Shown: one piece after another, positions 8,325 through 17,420 of the stretch
Layout of the letters: every line of letters starts with the position of its first letter
Numbering within the stretch: the stretch's first letter is position 1
Source: Anaerolineales bacterium
GTDB lineage: Bacteria; Chloroflexota; Anaerolineae; Anaerolineales; UBA11858
Length of the DNA stretch: 64,000 nt
Assembly (NCBI GenBank): GCA_021108255.1
Contig: JAIORG010000072.1
Coordinates: 95-64,094 of the forward strand
Direction of reading: 5' to 3'
The notes under the pieces: model-generated
What the model was told of the DNA's origin: nothing
The model's input: only the letters and a program-made list of their open reading frames with translations
Databases searched by the model: none
Translations under genes and position numbers: made by a program

Positions 8325-9422
8325 ATGAAACCGATCCAAGACTACTTCGTCCCCTGGGTGAAGGGCATACCCATGTATGTTTCGGAGCATATTGAGCTGG
8401 CCTGGCGAAAGCCAGAACTGCATCGCATGATGTCTAATGAGAACCCGCATCCCCCATCGAAGAAAGTGCAAGAAGCCATTCAAAAATATAGTGATTTTGC
8501 CAACCGCTACCCCGATCAGGGTATGGTTGTGCGTTCAAAGATTGCTGAGATCAGCGGAATGAGCGGACCGGAAAATGTGATGATCGGAAACGGATCGAGT
8601 GAAGTTTTCGATAATATCTTCAGGAGCTTCCTCCAGGTAGGAGAAGAGGTTATTCAGCACACTCCATGCTTCGGCATCTATAAACTACGCTGTAATATTC
8701 TCGGGGGTGAACTTGTCTCTGTTCCGATGGTATATGAGGACAAACAATTAAAATTCGACATAGATGCTATTCTGGCCGCGATCACCAATAAAACCAAGAT
8801 CATCGTCGTTGCCAATCCGAACAACCCCACAGGCAATTTCATGAACACTGAAGACTTCATCAAGATCGCCGAGACGGGCATCCCCTTCATCATTGATGAG
8901 GCCTATATTGAATATTCAGGCCTTGAAAAGTCGCAGGTTGGACTGATCAAGAAATATAAGAATGTGCTCGTCACGCGCACGCTCTCCAAAGCTTACGGCT
9001 TGGCCGGAATGCGCTTCGGATATGCGCTCGGACACGAGGAAGTAATCGGTCAAATATCTGCGGCATTACTGCCCTGGAATGTCGGGACGATTCCGATGTG
9101 GGCTGCGTTGGCGGCTCTGGAAGATGCCGAAGGGCTGACCGAACGAATCGAATTCAACAACCGCGAAGTGGCATATATTGAGGATGCACTCAGCGATATC
9201 CCCGGGTTTATCATCTTTCACTCTGTCTCTAATTACATCCTTTTCGACGGGACGGATACAGGAAAAAAGGGAGATGATTTGGTCGCCTTTGCTCAAGAGA
9301 AGGGCATCATTCTCCGCCCGCAATCCCATCTGTATGGACGAAACGGTTGGTTCCGACTGACCCTGGGCACCCAAGATGAAAATCGTATGGCAGTTGCAGT
9401 AATTCGCGAGTTCTACGCTTAG
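8325..9422 (+). CDS. HisC/CobD-type class II aminotransferase (histidinol-phosphate aminotransferase family)
   Basis: Family motifs are present: SNENP, YPD, GNGSSE, NPNNPTG, IDEAY.EY, RTLSKAYGLAGMRFGY. Confidence 0.85.
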   Translation: MKPIQDYFVPWVKGIPMYVSEHIELAWRKPELHRMMSNENPHPPSKKVQEAIQKYSDFANRYPDQGMVVRSKIAEISGMSGPENVMIGNGSSEVFDNIFRSFLQVGEEVIQHTPCFGIYKLRCNILGGELVSVPMVYEDKQLKFDIDAILAAITNKTKIIVVANPNNPTGNFMNTEDFIKIAETGIPFIIDEAYIEYSGLEKSQVGLIKKYKNVLVTRTLSKAYGLAGMRFGYALGHEEVIGQISAALLPWNVGTIPMWAALAALEDAEGLTERIEFNNREVAYIEDALSDIPGFIIFHSVSNYILFDGTDTGKKGDDLVAFAQEKGIILRPQSHLYGRNGWFRLTLGTQDENRMAVAVIREFYA

Positions 9423-9489
9423 TCATCAGATAAAAAACCGGAGGGGGTGGTTATTCACCATCCGGTTTTGAAAAGAGAGGAGAATTCCA

Positions 9490-10254
9490 ATGATAAAGAT
9501 AAAAGCAGTTTTTTTCGATCAGGATGGTGTCATCATCGATACCGAACGAGACGGGCATCGAGTCGCGTTCAATCAGACATTCAAAGATTTTGGATACGAT
9601 TTTGAATGGGATGTGGAGTATTACCACGAGCTGCTGCAAGTTGCTGGTGGTAAAGAGCGCATGAAACACCACCTGCACACCCAGGGGTTTGGCGTTGAAG
9701 TTAAACCTGAGGAAGTTGATGATCTCATAATAAGAATGCACAAACATAAAACGGCTGTCTTCGTCGAATTGATCGAAAGCGGAGATTTGCCGCTGCGCCC
9801 CGGGGTTAAACGGCTGATGAAAGAGGTCAACGATGCGGGCTTGATTCTGGGTATCTGCACAACATCCAATGAACGCGCGGCACAGGCTGTTGTTAGTGGG
9901 ATGCTCAAGGAGATCAAATTCGAATTTGTCTTGGCTGGCGATATCGTTGATAATAAAAAACCTGATCCCGAAATCTATAATTTAGCCCTCGAAAAGACCG
10001 GGGTAAAACCTGAAGAGTCCGTGGTAATAGAAGATTCGAGGAACGGTGTACTTGCAGCAGCAGCAGCTGGATTGAACATCGTCGCTACCACCAATATCTA
10101 CACTGCAAGCGAGAATCTTTCAGATGCCCATATTATTGTTACCTGCCTTGGCGATCTCGGTGGAGAAAAAGGCATATTAAAGAAAGGAAGTGAAGGTCTC
10201 AAATACGACGGTGTGCTGCGGCTTGAGCAGCTGATGGACTATTTCTCAAAGTAG
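9490..10254 (+). CDS. HAD-IA family phosphatase (CbbY/PGMB-like)
   Basis: HAD motifs FFDQDGVIIDTE (DxD), CTTS, K(K)PDPEIY and EDSRNG are present. Confidence 0.85.
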   Translation: MIKIKAVFFDQDGVIIDTERDGHRVAFNQTFKDFGYDFEWDVEYYHELLQVAGGKERMKHHLHTQGFGVEVKPEEVDDLIIRMHKHKTAVFVELIESGDLPLRPGVKRLMKEVNDAGLILGICTTSNERAAQAVVSGMLKEIKFEFVLAGDIVDNKKPDPEIYNLALEKTGVKPEESVVIEDSRNGVLAAAAAGLNIVATTNIYTASENLSDAHIIVTCLGDLGGEKGILKKGSEGLKYDGVLRLEQLMDYFSK

Positions 10255-10722
10255 AGCCTAACCCGGACAAGCCGGGTACCAGATGGACCTCTGGCCACCA
10301 CAAAAGCATGAGGGATTCGAAGAAAATCTTTGTTACCCCCCCCATGTCCTATATGTTACGAGGATTCCTGAAGACTCCTCAGAAAAGGCAGCAAACTTTG
10401 GTAAACATGTTTTTGTTGTTATTTAGTTTTACAGTATAATAAATTTATTACAGTAACAACCATATCATTTATCATAGATTGGCACAGCAGGCGTAGAGAC
10501 ACATAGGTTGGGGGGTTAGCATATAGTTATTCAATTAAATGACCTATGAGAGGTTCTACTGAGCGCAACTGCAAGCTTCTTGAATTCGACTTTTTATTAT
10601 TCAAATTATTTAACCATTGTTTAGGAGGTGGTCCTATACAAGTTAGAAGAAATGGACAACTCACGATATTACCAAGCAAAAACAATTCGTTCTTCTATCA
10701 AAAAACTATTAAGGAGAAGAAA

Positions 10723-12816
10723 ATGTTCAAGAAAAAAGGACTATGGCTCATCACGTTAGTGCTGCTCTTAGCCCTAATGTTGGGCGCATGCGCCCCTGAG
10801 TCGCCGGCTGAAGAAGAAGCAGCGCCGGCTGAAGAAGAAGCAGCACCAGCTGAAGAAGAAGCAGCGCCAGCCGAAGAAGCTGGCTGCCCCGCCGTTACCA
10901 TCGCAGATCGCGCTGGGGTTGCCGCTGGTGAGTATGAGCGTCTCTACGAATTGGCCGATTACGAAGTTGCAGCTGATTGCACCATGGTTTTTGCTGGCAA
11001 CCCAGACATGGCTGATCTTAATGCCCAAATTACCAACAACCCTGAGCTACCCCCAGTAGAAGAACGTGTTCCTGCTGAGCCGCTAGTCGTTGTGCCTTAC
11101 GAGGCTATTGGTCAATATGGTGGCACTTTCCACGCAACTTCAAACGCAACTGAGTCAGGTACTTCTGACTTTTTAGCAGTTCGGCATGTAAATTTCACTC
11201 GCTTTAGCGATGATTACGTTACGATCGAACCTAATATAGCCATTGGCTGGGAATGGAATGATGACTTCACAGAAGTAACATTCTACTTGCGTGAAGGTCA
11301 CAAATGGTCAGATGGTGCGCCATTCACATCAGCAGATGTTGCATTCTGGATGAATGATATTGTTCTCAATACTGATATTTATGAGAATACACCTAGCTGG
11401 GTTCAATTTGGCGACGGTACAATGACTGTTGAAGTGATTGATGCCACAACAGTCAAATTCGTCTTCCCCGTGCCAACCCCAGGCATTGTGAGCTTCTTTG
11501 CAACCTCCTTCCGCCAACCCTTCCAACCCAAACATTTCTTCGACGCAAAAGTTGCTGAAGGAATGACTTTTGTTGATGCAGTTACACTCTACTACGGTCT
11601 TAGTGACTGGACAGATGTCCCCTCCCCACTACTTGGTGAAAAAGCGGACGATGTAAAACCCACGCTTGAATCCCATATTCTGGTTGAAGAGACCACTGAA
11701 GGGCGTCGCCTGGTTGCCAACCCTTACTTCTATATGGTTGATACAGCCGGAAATCAATTGCCCTATATCAACGAACAAGATGAAATCTACGTCCAAGACC
11801 AAGAAGTTCGTAACTTGAAAATCACCAACGGTGAAGTTGACTACAAAGTTCAGTCAATCTCCATCATCGATTACCCCCTCTACAAAGACCATGAAGCAGA
11901 CGGCAATTACACTGTTGACTTAGGCTCCGGTGTTGGCGCGAATTTGTTCTATGCTTTCAACTTGACCCACGAAGATGAAGGCTTACGCGAAATTTTCATG
12001 GATCTTCGCTTCCGTCAGGCAATGTCTATTGCTATCGACCGAGACGAAATCGTTGAGTTGATCTATCTTGGTCAGGCTGAACCCATGCAAGCCACCCCCG
12101 CAGACGGCAATACTGTCAACTTCGTCACGGCAGAACATGAGAATGCCTATGTTGAATACGATCTGGCTGGTGCCAATGCACTGCTCGACGAAATGGGTCT
12201 AGTGGATGTTGATGGCGATGGTCTCCGTGAGCGTGCAGATGGCTCCGCTCTTGCGATTGAACTCCAATACTCCACCCAAAGTGGTCCTGCTCAAATTCAA
12301 GAATTGGTAAAGAGCTATTGGGATGCCGCTGGCATTGCTACCACCCTTAAAGAAGTTACCTCTGACGAATATCGTGAAAGAGGGACGACTAATGGGGCGG
12401 ATATCGTCACTTGGTTGTATGATGCTACAACTGGTCCAGTTATCGTTCTAGATACCGCCATGCTTTTGCCACCCTTCGGATACGCTTTCAATCCTGGTCT
12501 GGCTTATGGATGGGAAGAATGGCATAACACGGACGGTGCTTCAGGTATTGAGCCGCCAGCCGATGTACTAGAATTGTACGACCTTGTCGCAGAATTCCTC
12601 CAATACCCTCTTGGCTCAGCAGAAAGCGATGCCGTAGGTGAAAAGATTGTTGATATTCATGTAGATAATCTACTCAAAATTGGTATTGCCGGCAATATTC
12701 AAATGCCTATCATTCATACCAATAACTTGGGCAACTTCGGTCCTTATACTGTAGTAAGCTACGACTACTACCGTGTTTACCCAATGATTCCATCACAATG
12801 GTACTTCACTGATTAA
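10723..12816 (+). CDS. ABC transporter substrate-binding lipoprotein, family 5 (Opp/Dpp/oligosaccharide type)
   Basis: AAGGAG lies 7 nt upstream of ATG 10723. A signal peptide with lipobox LGAC is followed by a repeat linker and then a family-5 SBP body. The track start 10546 is rejected. Confidence 0.9.
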   Translation: MFKKKGLWLITLVLLLALMLGACAPESPAEEEAAPAEEEAAPAEEEAAPAEEAGCPAVTIADRAGVAAGEYERLYELADYEVAADCTMVFAGNPDMADLNAQITNNPELPPVEERVPAEPLVVVPYEAIGQYGGTFHATSNATESGTSDFLAVRHVNFTRFSDDYVTIEPNIAIGWEWNDDFTEVTFYLREGHKWSDGAPFTSADVAFWMNDIVLNTDIYENTPSWVQFGDGTMTVEVIDATTVKFVFPVPTPGIVSFFATSFRQPFQPKHFFDAKVAEGMTFVDAVTLYYGLSDWTDVPSPLLGEKADDVKPTLESHILVEETTEGRRLVANPYFYMVDTAGNQLPYINEQDEIYVQDQEVRNLKITNGEVDYKVQSISIIDYPLYKDHEADGNYTVDLGSGVGANLFYAFNLTHEDEGLREIFMDLRFRQAMSIAIDRDEIVELIYLGQAEPMQATPADGNTVNFVTAEHENAYVEYDLAGANALLDEMGLVDVDGDGLRERADGSALAIELQYSTQSGPAQIQELVKSYWDAAGIATTLKEVTSDEYRERGTTNGADIVTWLYDATTGPVIVLDTAMLLPPFGYAFNPGLAYGWEEWHNTDGASGIEPPADVLELYDLVAEFLQYPLGSAESDAVGEKIVDIHVDNLLKIGIAGNIQMPIIHTNNLGNFGPYTVVSYDYYRVYPMIPSQWYFTD
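10804..10880 (+). repeat. In-frame 21-bp tandem repeat (about 3.6 copies) encoding (PAEEEAA)n
   Basis: CCGGCTGAAGAAGAAGCAGCG at 10804, 10825 (1 mismatch) and 10846 (1 mismatch), plus a partial fourth copy. It lies directly after the lipobox cysteine. Confidence 0.9.
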
Positions 12817-12828
12817 TAGCTTGACACG

Positions 12829-12866
12829 AAACCTGACAGGTCTTTAAGACCTGTCAGGTTTTTTGA
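12829..12866 (+). terminator. Strong Rho-independent terminator after the SBP gene
   Basis: 12-bp stem ACCTGACAGGTC / GACCTGTCAGGT with loop TTTAA, followed by a T6 run. Confidence 0.75.
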
Positions 12867-13084
12867 AAATATGGATATAAAGCCGCATCGCACATGATTT
12901 TGGCTGGGGTGCTGAATCTCAAGCAGATTAACGGCGTGAGCAGAAAAATGTCTGCGCCGAGAAGATGTTGATAAATGGCAAGCAAGTTAAAATCACACCC
13001 GCCGCTCCGCTTCGAATGCAGGCGCGCGGCTCGGCTTTTCATCCCATAAAAAAATAACATTTCTTATATTCCCGCATTAATCAT

Positions 13085-13141
13085 TGTAGTAAGGGGTTCA
13101 GCTCTTTCGTTCATAGCACAAGGACTGAAGCCCTTACTACA
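13085..13141 (+). other. Long stem-loop immediately upstream of the permease RBS
   Basis: 17-bp stem with one mismatch, TGTAGTAAGGGGTTCAG (13085-13101) / CTGAAGCCCTTACTACA (13125-13141), and a 23-nt loop. The RBS GGGAG follows at 13143. Confidence 0.5.
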
Positions 13142-13155
13142 AGGGAGAAGAAGAT

Positions 13156-14151
13156 ATGGTCAAATTTCTAGTTCAACGCATTATCGGCATGGCAGTCACA
13201 ATGTTCTTCGTGTCGATCATGGTATTCATTATTATGGAGCTTCCTCCGGGGGATTATGCAGAGCGATGGGCGTTCCGTAAATTTTCGGGGACAGGTGCTC
13301 AGATCACCGAAGCAGACCTCGACAATATTCGGGCGAACTTTGGGCTTGATCGCCCCGCCCCAGAGCGTTATTTTAAGTGGATCAGTGGGATTGTCTTACA
13401 CGGCGATTTTGGCGAAGCCTTTGCTTTTCAAACCTCCGTTAATAATGTTATTGGTCAAAAAATCTGGTTAACGCTTGCAATTCTTTTTTCGACATTGATC
13501 GTAACGTATCTTGTGGCGATACCGGTCGGAATCTACGCAGCTATCAGGCGTGGTTCCGCTGAAGATTATGCGCTGACGGTTTTTAGTTATTTGGGATTTG
13601 CCTTGCCTAACTTTTTGCTGGCTTTGGTCTTGCTATATATCTCCATCACCGTTTTCGATTCCTCTGTCGGCGGGCTTTTTTCACCCGAATACGCAGATGC
13701 CCCTTGGAGTACAGCAAAAGCTCTAGACCTTCTCAGCCATCTTATCATTCCCTCTATTATTTTGGCTTGGTCAGCCACCGCTTTTCAACTCCAGACAGTT
13801 CGAGCGACCATGCTCGACGAGCTTAATAATTTGTCTGTGACGGCTGCCCGCGCACGCGGTGTCCCCGAGTGGAAATTGCTGCTCAAATACCCCGCTCGTT
13901 TAGCGATCAATCCTGTTGTCAGTACGATGAGTTTTGATGCCAATCGTATCTTTTCGGAGCTACCGATTGTTGCTCTTGTTTTGGGATTACCCGAACTTGG
14001 TGAACTCTTGCTCAAGTCCTATCTCGATTTGGATATGTTTGTAGCGGGTGCAATTTTGCTCATCCTGACATTTATGATTGTCTTCATGAATTTTCTCTCC
14101 GATATTTTCCTCGCGATTTTAGACCCGCGAGTTAAGCTAATAGAAGGTTAA
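13156..14151 (+). CDS. ABC transporter permease (DppB/OppB type)
   Basis: Six TM segments, a family-5 system permease, with the EAA-like loop ...VTAARARGV.... Confidence 0.9.
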   Translation: MVKFLVQRIIGMAVTMFFVSIMVFIIMELPPGDYAERWAFRKFSGTGAQITEADLDNIRANFGLDRPAPERYFKWISGIVLHGDFGEAFAFQTSVNNVIGQKIWLTLAILFSTLIVTYLVAIPVGIYAAIRRGSAEDYALTVFSYLGFALPNFLLALVLLYISITVFDSSVGGLFSPEYADAPWSTAKALDLLSHLIIPSIILAWSATAFQLQTVRATMLDELNNLSVTAARARGVPEWKLLLKYPARLAINPVVSTMSFDANRIFSELPIVALVLGLPELGELLLKSYLDLDMFVAGAILLILTFMIVFMNFLSDIFLAILDPRVKLIEG

Positions 14152-14156
14152 GGGAT

Positions 14157-15311
14157 ATGACAACTACCGATTTATCCACTCAAGAAGTACAGGCTCCCAT
14201 TACCCAAATGGAATCAGAAGAGGCACAGCGTTATTATTCAGCCTCCCAATTTCAATTAATTTGGTGGCGATTTCGTAAACATCGCCTTGCGCGAACGGGG
14301 GCACTTATTCTGCTCACAATGGCTCTGGTAGGACTTTTTGCTGAATTTGTTGGTCCCTACTCAGGCATAACCCGCGTCAGTGAAGCTGTCTTAGTTGCTC
14401 CTCAAGCTCCGCAATTTTGCAATGATGATGGCTGCTCCTTACGCCCCTTCTTACCCGGCATCACATCAGAGCGTAACACAGAAACTTTGCGGATGGAAAC
14501 CAAAATTGACCCATCTGTTCGACGAGATATTTACTTCTTTGTCGAAGGCGAAGAATATAAATTACTTGGCATGTTCAAAATGAACACGCATCTCTTTGGC
14601 GTAGAAGAAGGCTCGATTCATCTCTTAGGAACCGATAGTCTAGGACGAGATATTTTCTCTCGTACCCTTCTTGCTACTCGAACATCTTTATCCATTGGTA
14701 TTATCGGTGTCATCATTGCCTTTGTGCTGGCTTTGGTAATTGGTGGCGTAGCGGGCTACTTTGGCGGTGGGCTTGATTACGCAATTCAACGTCTAACCGA
14801 AATTGTGCGCGTTATCCCTGTAATTCCTCTCTATATGGGGTTAGCAGCAGCTTTTCCTAAAGAATGGTCATCTACCCAAGTTTACTTTGCTATGACGCTG
14901 GTTTTGGCTCTCGTTGGTTGGCCCACCTTAGCCCGTCGTATTCGAGGCAAATTATTAAGTCTGCGTGGTGAAGATTACGTCATCGCTGCCAGTCTCGCTG
15001 GTGCCGGACCTAGTCGCATTATTGGGCGGCATTTACTGCCAGCCTTTATGAGCTATATCATCGTTGACTTGGTCATCTCCTTCCCGTTCATGCTCTTGAG
15101 CGAAACAGCACTTAGCTTTGTTGGATTGGGACTACGTCCCCCAACAGTGAGCTGGGGTGTTCTTTTACAGGATGCCCAAACGGTTCGCGCCATTGAGCAA
15201 GCTCCATGGCTCTTTATACCGGCTCTTTTTGTAATCGTCGCAGTGCTATCCTTTACTGTTTTAGGTGATGGCTTGCGCGATGCCGCAGACCCATATCAAG
15301 TGAGTGGCTAG
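14157..15311 (+). CDS. ABC transporter permease (DppC/OppC type)
   Basis: Long N-terminal extracytoplasmic loop followed by the BPD_transp_1 core (YVIAASLAGAGPSRII). It starts 5 nt after the preceding gene. Confidence 0.9.
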   Translation: MTTTDLSTQEVQAPITQMESEEAQRYYSASQFQLIWWRFRKHRLARTGALILLTMALVGLFAEFVGPYSGITRVSEAVLVAPQAPQFCNDDGCSLRPFLPGITSERNTETLRMETKIDPSVRRDIYFFVEGEEYKLLGMFKMNTHLFGVEEGSIHLLGTDSLGRDIFSRTLLATRTSLSIGIIGVIIAFVLALVIGGVAGYFGGGLDYAIQRLTEIVRVIPVIPLYMGLAAAFPKEWSSTQVYFAMTLVLALVGWPTLARRIRGKLLSLRGEDYVIAASLAGAGPSRIIGRHLLPAFMSYIIVDLVISFPFMLLSETALSFVGLGLRPPTVSWGVLLQDAQTVRAIEQAPWLFIPALFVIVAVLSFTVLGDGLRDAADPYQVSG

Positions 15312-15322
15312 GAGATAATTTC

Positions 15323-16348
15323 ATGGCAAAAACAAAAGAAATGACCAATAACAATCTCTTAGAGGTAAAAGATCTCAAAATTTCCTTTAAGACAGATGAA
15401 GGGATTATCACCGCCGTTGACGGAATTAAATTTTCAGTCAAACGTGGTCAAACATTAGGGATTGTTGGCGAAAGTGGCTCAGGGAAAAGCGTAAGCACAT
15501 GGTCGATTATGCGCCTTTTACCCAAGAACTCGATCATAGATAAAAAATCTTCGATTAAATTTCAACAAAAAAGTGGAAAAGTTGTTGAGATTACCAAGTT
15601 CAAATCAAATAGCCGAGAACTTCGTGAAATTCGTGGAGGTGAAGTTGCATTGATTTTTCAGGAACCTATGAGTTCCTTTTCACCCGTTTATACGATCGGC
15701 AACCAAATTATGGAAGCGGTGCTACAGCATAGAGATGTTACGAAGGAAGAAGCGCAAGAAATCGCTATAGATATGCTTGATAGAGTCGGGATTTCAAATC
15801 CCGCTCAGCGTTTTAAACAATATCCTTTTGAACTCTCAGGTGGGATGCGCCAACGAGCAATGATAGCGGTTGCGCTCTCAATGAATCCATCATTGCTAAT
15901 CGCTGATGAGCCGACTACCTCCTTAGACGTAACCATTCAAGCCCAAATTCTTGAGCTAATGAACGAATTGCAAGAAGAATTGGGGATGTCAATCATCTTC
16001 ATTACGCATAACTTGGGTGTTATCGCTCAAGTCGCAGATGAAATTGAAGTTATGTATCTCGGCAAAATCTTGGAACGTGGCACAACAAACGATATTATTC
16101 ACGAGCCACAGCATCCTTATACCCAAGCTTTATTAAAGGCTATTCCACGTTTGGACACCATTGGAGAACGGCTCACTGCGATTAGTGGCGATATTCCCAG
16201 CCCGTTATCACGACCGATTGGTTGCCCTTTTTACACACGCTGTGAAAAAGTAATGCCCGGCATCTGCGATGTTAAAATGCCAGAGCCAACTCAACTCAGC
16301 GATACCCATACTGTATATTGTTTCTTATACGAGGAAAAAAATGTCTGA
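15323..16348 (+). CDS. ABC transporter ATP-binding protein (OppD/DppD type)
   Basis: Walker A GESGSGKS, signature LSGGMRQR, Walker B LLIADEPTT, and the C-terminal oligopeptide-type motif GCPFYTRC. Confidence 0.9.
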   Translation: MAKTKEMTNNNLLEVKDLKISFKTDEGIITAVDGIKFSVKRGQTLGIVGESGSGKSVSTWSIMRLLPKNSIIDKKSSIKFQQKSGKVVEITKFKSNSRELREIRGGEVALIFQEPMSSFSPVYTIGNQIMEAVLQHRDVTKEEAQEIAIDMLDRVGISNPAQRFKQYPFELSGGMRQRAMIAVALSMNPSLLIADEPTTSLDVTIQAQILELMNELQEELGMSIIFITHNLGVIAQVADEIEVMYLGKILERGTTNDIIHEPQHPYTQALLKAIPRLDTIGERLTAISGDIPSPLSRPIGCPFYTRCEKVMPGICDVKMPEPTQLSDTHTVYCFLYEEKNV

Positions 16349-17372
16349 TACCTTACTTGAAATCAAAGACTTAAAAGTTTATTTTCCCATTCGTAGAAAG
16401 AACTTATTTAGTGGGGTTACGCAATATGTAAAAGCTGTGGATGGTGTTAGTTTTCATATCGAAAAAGGGGAAACGCTCGGTCTTGTTGGCGAAAGTGGCT
16501 CTGGAAAAACGACTGTAGGGCGTTCCATTCTGCGCGCAATTGAACCGACTGCCGGAAAAGTTACCTTTAATGTGGACGGAGAAACGATTGATTTATCCAC
16601 ATTATTAGATAAAGAATTGCGTGTTTTTCGTAAAAACATGCAACTAATTTTTCAAGACCCCTACTCTTCGCTCAATCCGCGCATGACGGTGCGCGATATT
16701 ATCGCCGAACCCATCGTCGCGCAGAAATTAGCCAAAGGTGATGAAGTGGACGAGCGTGTGCGTGAAGCCGCAGCACTCTGTAAACTCAACCTAGAATTTT
16801 TACGCCGTTTCCCCCATGCTTTTAGCGGTGGGCAAAGGCAGCGCATCGGCATTGCTCGCGCCCTTGTTTCCCGCCCGCAGTTTATCGTTTGCGATGAGTC
16901 AGTCTCTGCGCTCGATGTCTCTATTCAGGCAGAAATTCTCAATTTGCTGATGGATTTGCAAAAAGAATTCGGTTTCACTTTTCTCTTCATCGCCCATGAT
17001 TTGAGCGTGGTCGCCCATATTTCCAAACGTGTTGCGGTGATGTATTTGGGGCAACTTGTTGAGTTAGCACCTACAGAAGACCTTTTCTACACCCCAAAAC
17101 ACCCCTACACCGAAGCATTAATGTCTGCAATCCCAGAAGTTGACCCGAATCAGGAAATGAATCCTGTAAATTTGAGTGGTGAAATCCCAAGCCCTATTAA
17201 TCCTCCCTCTGGTTGCCGCTTTCATACTCGCTGCCCTTATGTCCAAGATATTTGCAAGACAGATGAGCCAAAATGGGAAGAAATTGAAGAGAAGCATTTT
17301 GTAACCTGCCATTTTGCCAACACGCTCACACTAAAGGGCGCAAAAATGCCACCTTCGGTAGATGCCGCTTAA
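16341..17372 (+). CDS. ABC transporter ATP-binding protein (OppF/DppF type)
   Basis: Walker A GESGSGKT, signature FSGGQRQR, Walker B FIVCDESVS, and GCRFHTRCP. Start set to ATG 16341 (MSDTLLEIKDL...), which overlaps the upstream stop by 8 nt. Confidence 0.9.
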   Translation: MSDTLLEIKDLKVYFPIRRKNLFSGVTQYVKAVDGVSFHIEKGETLGLVGESGSGKTTVGRSILRAIEPTAGKVTFNVDGETIDLSTLLDKELRVFRKNMQLIFQDPYSSLNPRMTVRDIIAEPIVAQKLAKGDEVDERVREAAALCKLNLEFLRRFPHAFSGGQRQRIGIARALVSRPQFIVCDESVSALDVSIQAEILNLLMDLQKEFGFTFLFIAHDLSVVAHISKRVAVMYLGQLVELAPTEDLFYTPKHPYTEALMSAIPEVDPNQEMNPVNLSGEIPSPINPPSGCRFHTRCPYVQDICKTDEPKWEEIEEKHFVTCHFANTLTLKGAKMPPSVDAA

Positions 17373-17420
17373 TCGGTAGCACCCTATCGAGTACAAGTAA
17401 GTGAAAAGGAGAGCGATTCG

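Noticed and set aside
10255-10300. A small hairpin ACCCGG-ACAAG-CCGGGT after the HAD gene as a terminator.
   Set aside because: The stem is only 6 bp and there is no U-tract, which is too weak to call.
10546-10722. The track start of the SBP at 10546 (59 extra residues).
   Set aside because: The signal peptide and lipobox begin at M10723, which has an AAGGAG RBS. The extension would bury the signal peptide internally.
10804-10880. Reading the 21-bp tandem repeat as a CRISPR-like or non-coding satellite.
   Set aside because: The repeats are contiguous with no spacers, in frame, and inside a well-supported lipoprotein gene. It is a coding linker repeat.
12854-13060. The minus-strand 68-aa ORF in the SBP-permease spacer.
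   Set aside because: It has no RBS and no motif, and it lies antisense within an intra-operon spacer. It is likely spurious.
16269-16340. The track start of the second ABC ATPase at 16269. Similar over-long track starts occur at 1727, 18762, 19863, 23996, 29136, 30160, 34477, 35939 and 50697.
   Set aside because: In each case a downstream ATG has a Shine-Dalgarno sequence and reproduces the family-typical N-terminus. The longer version overlaps the preceding gene or adds non-homologous residues.
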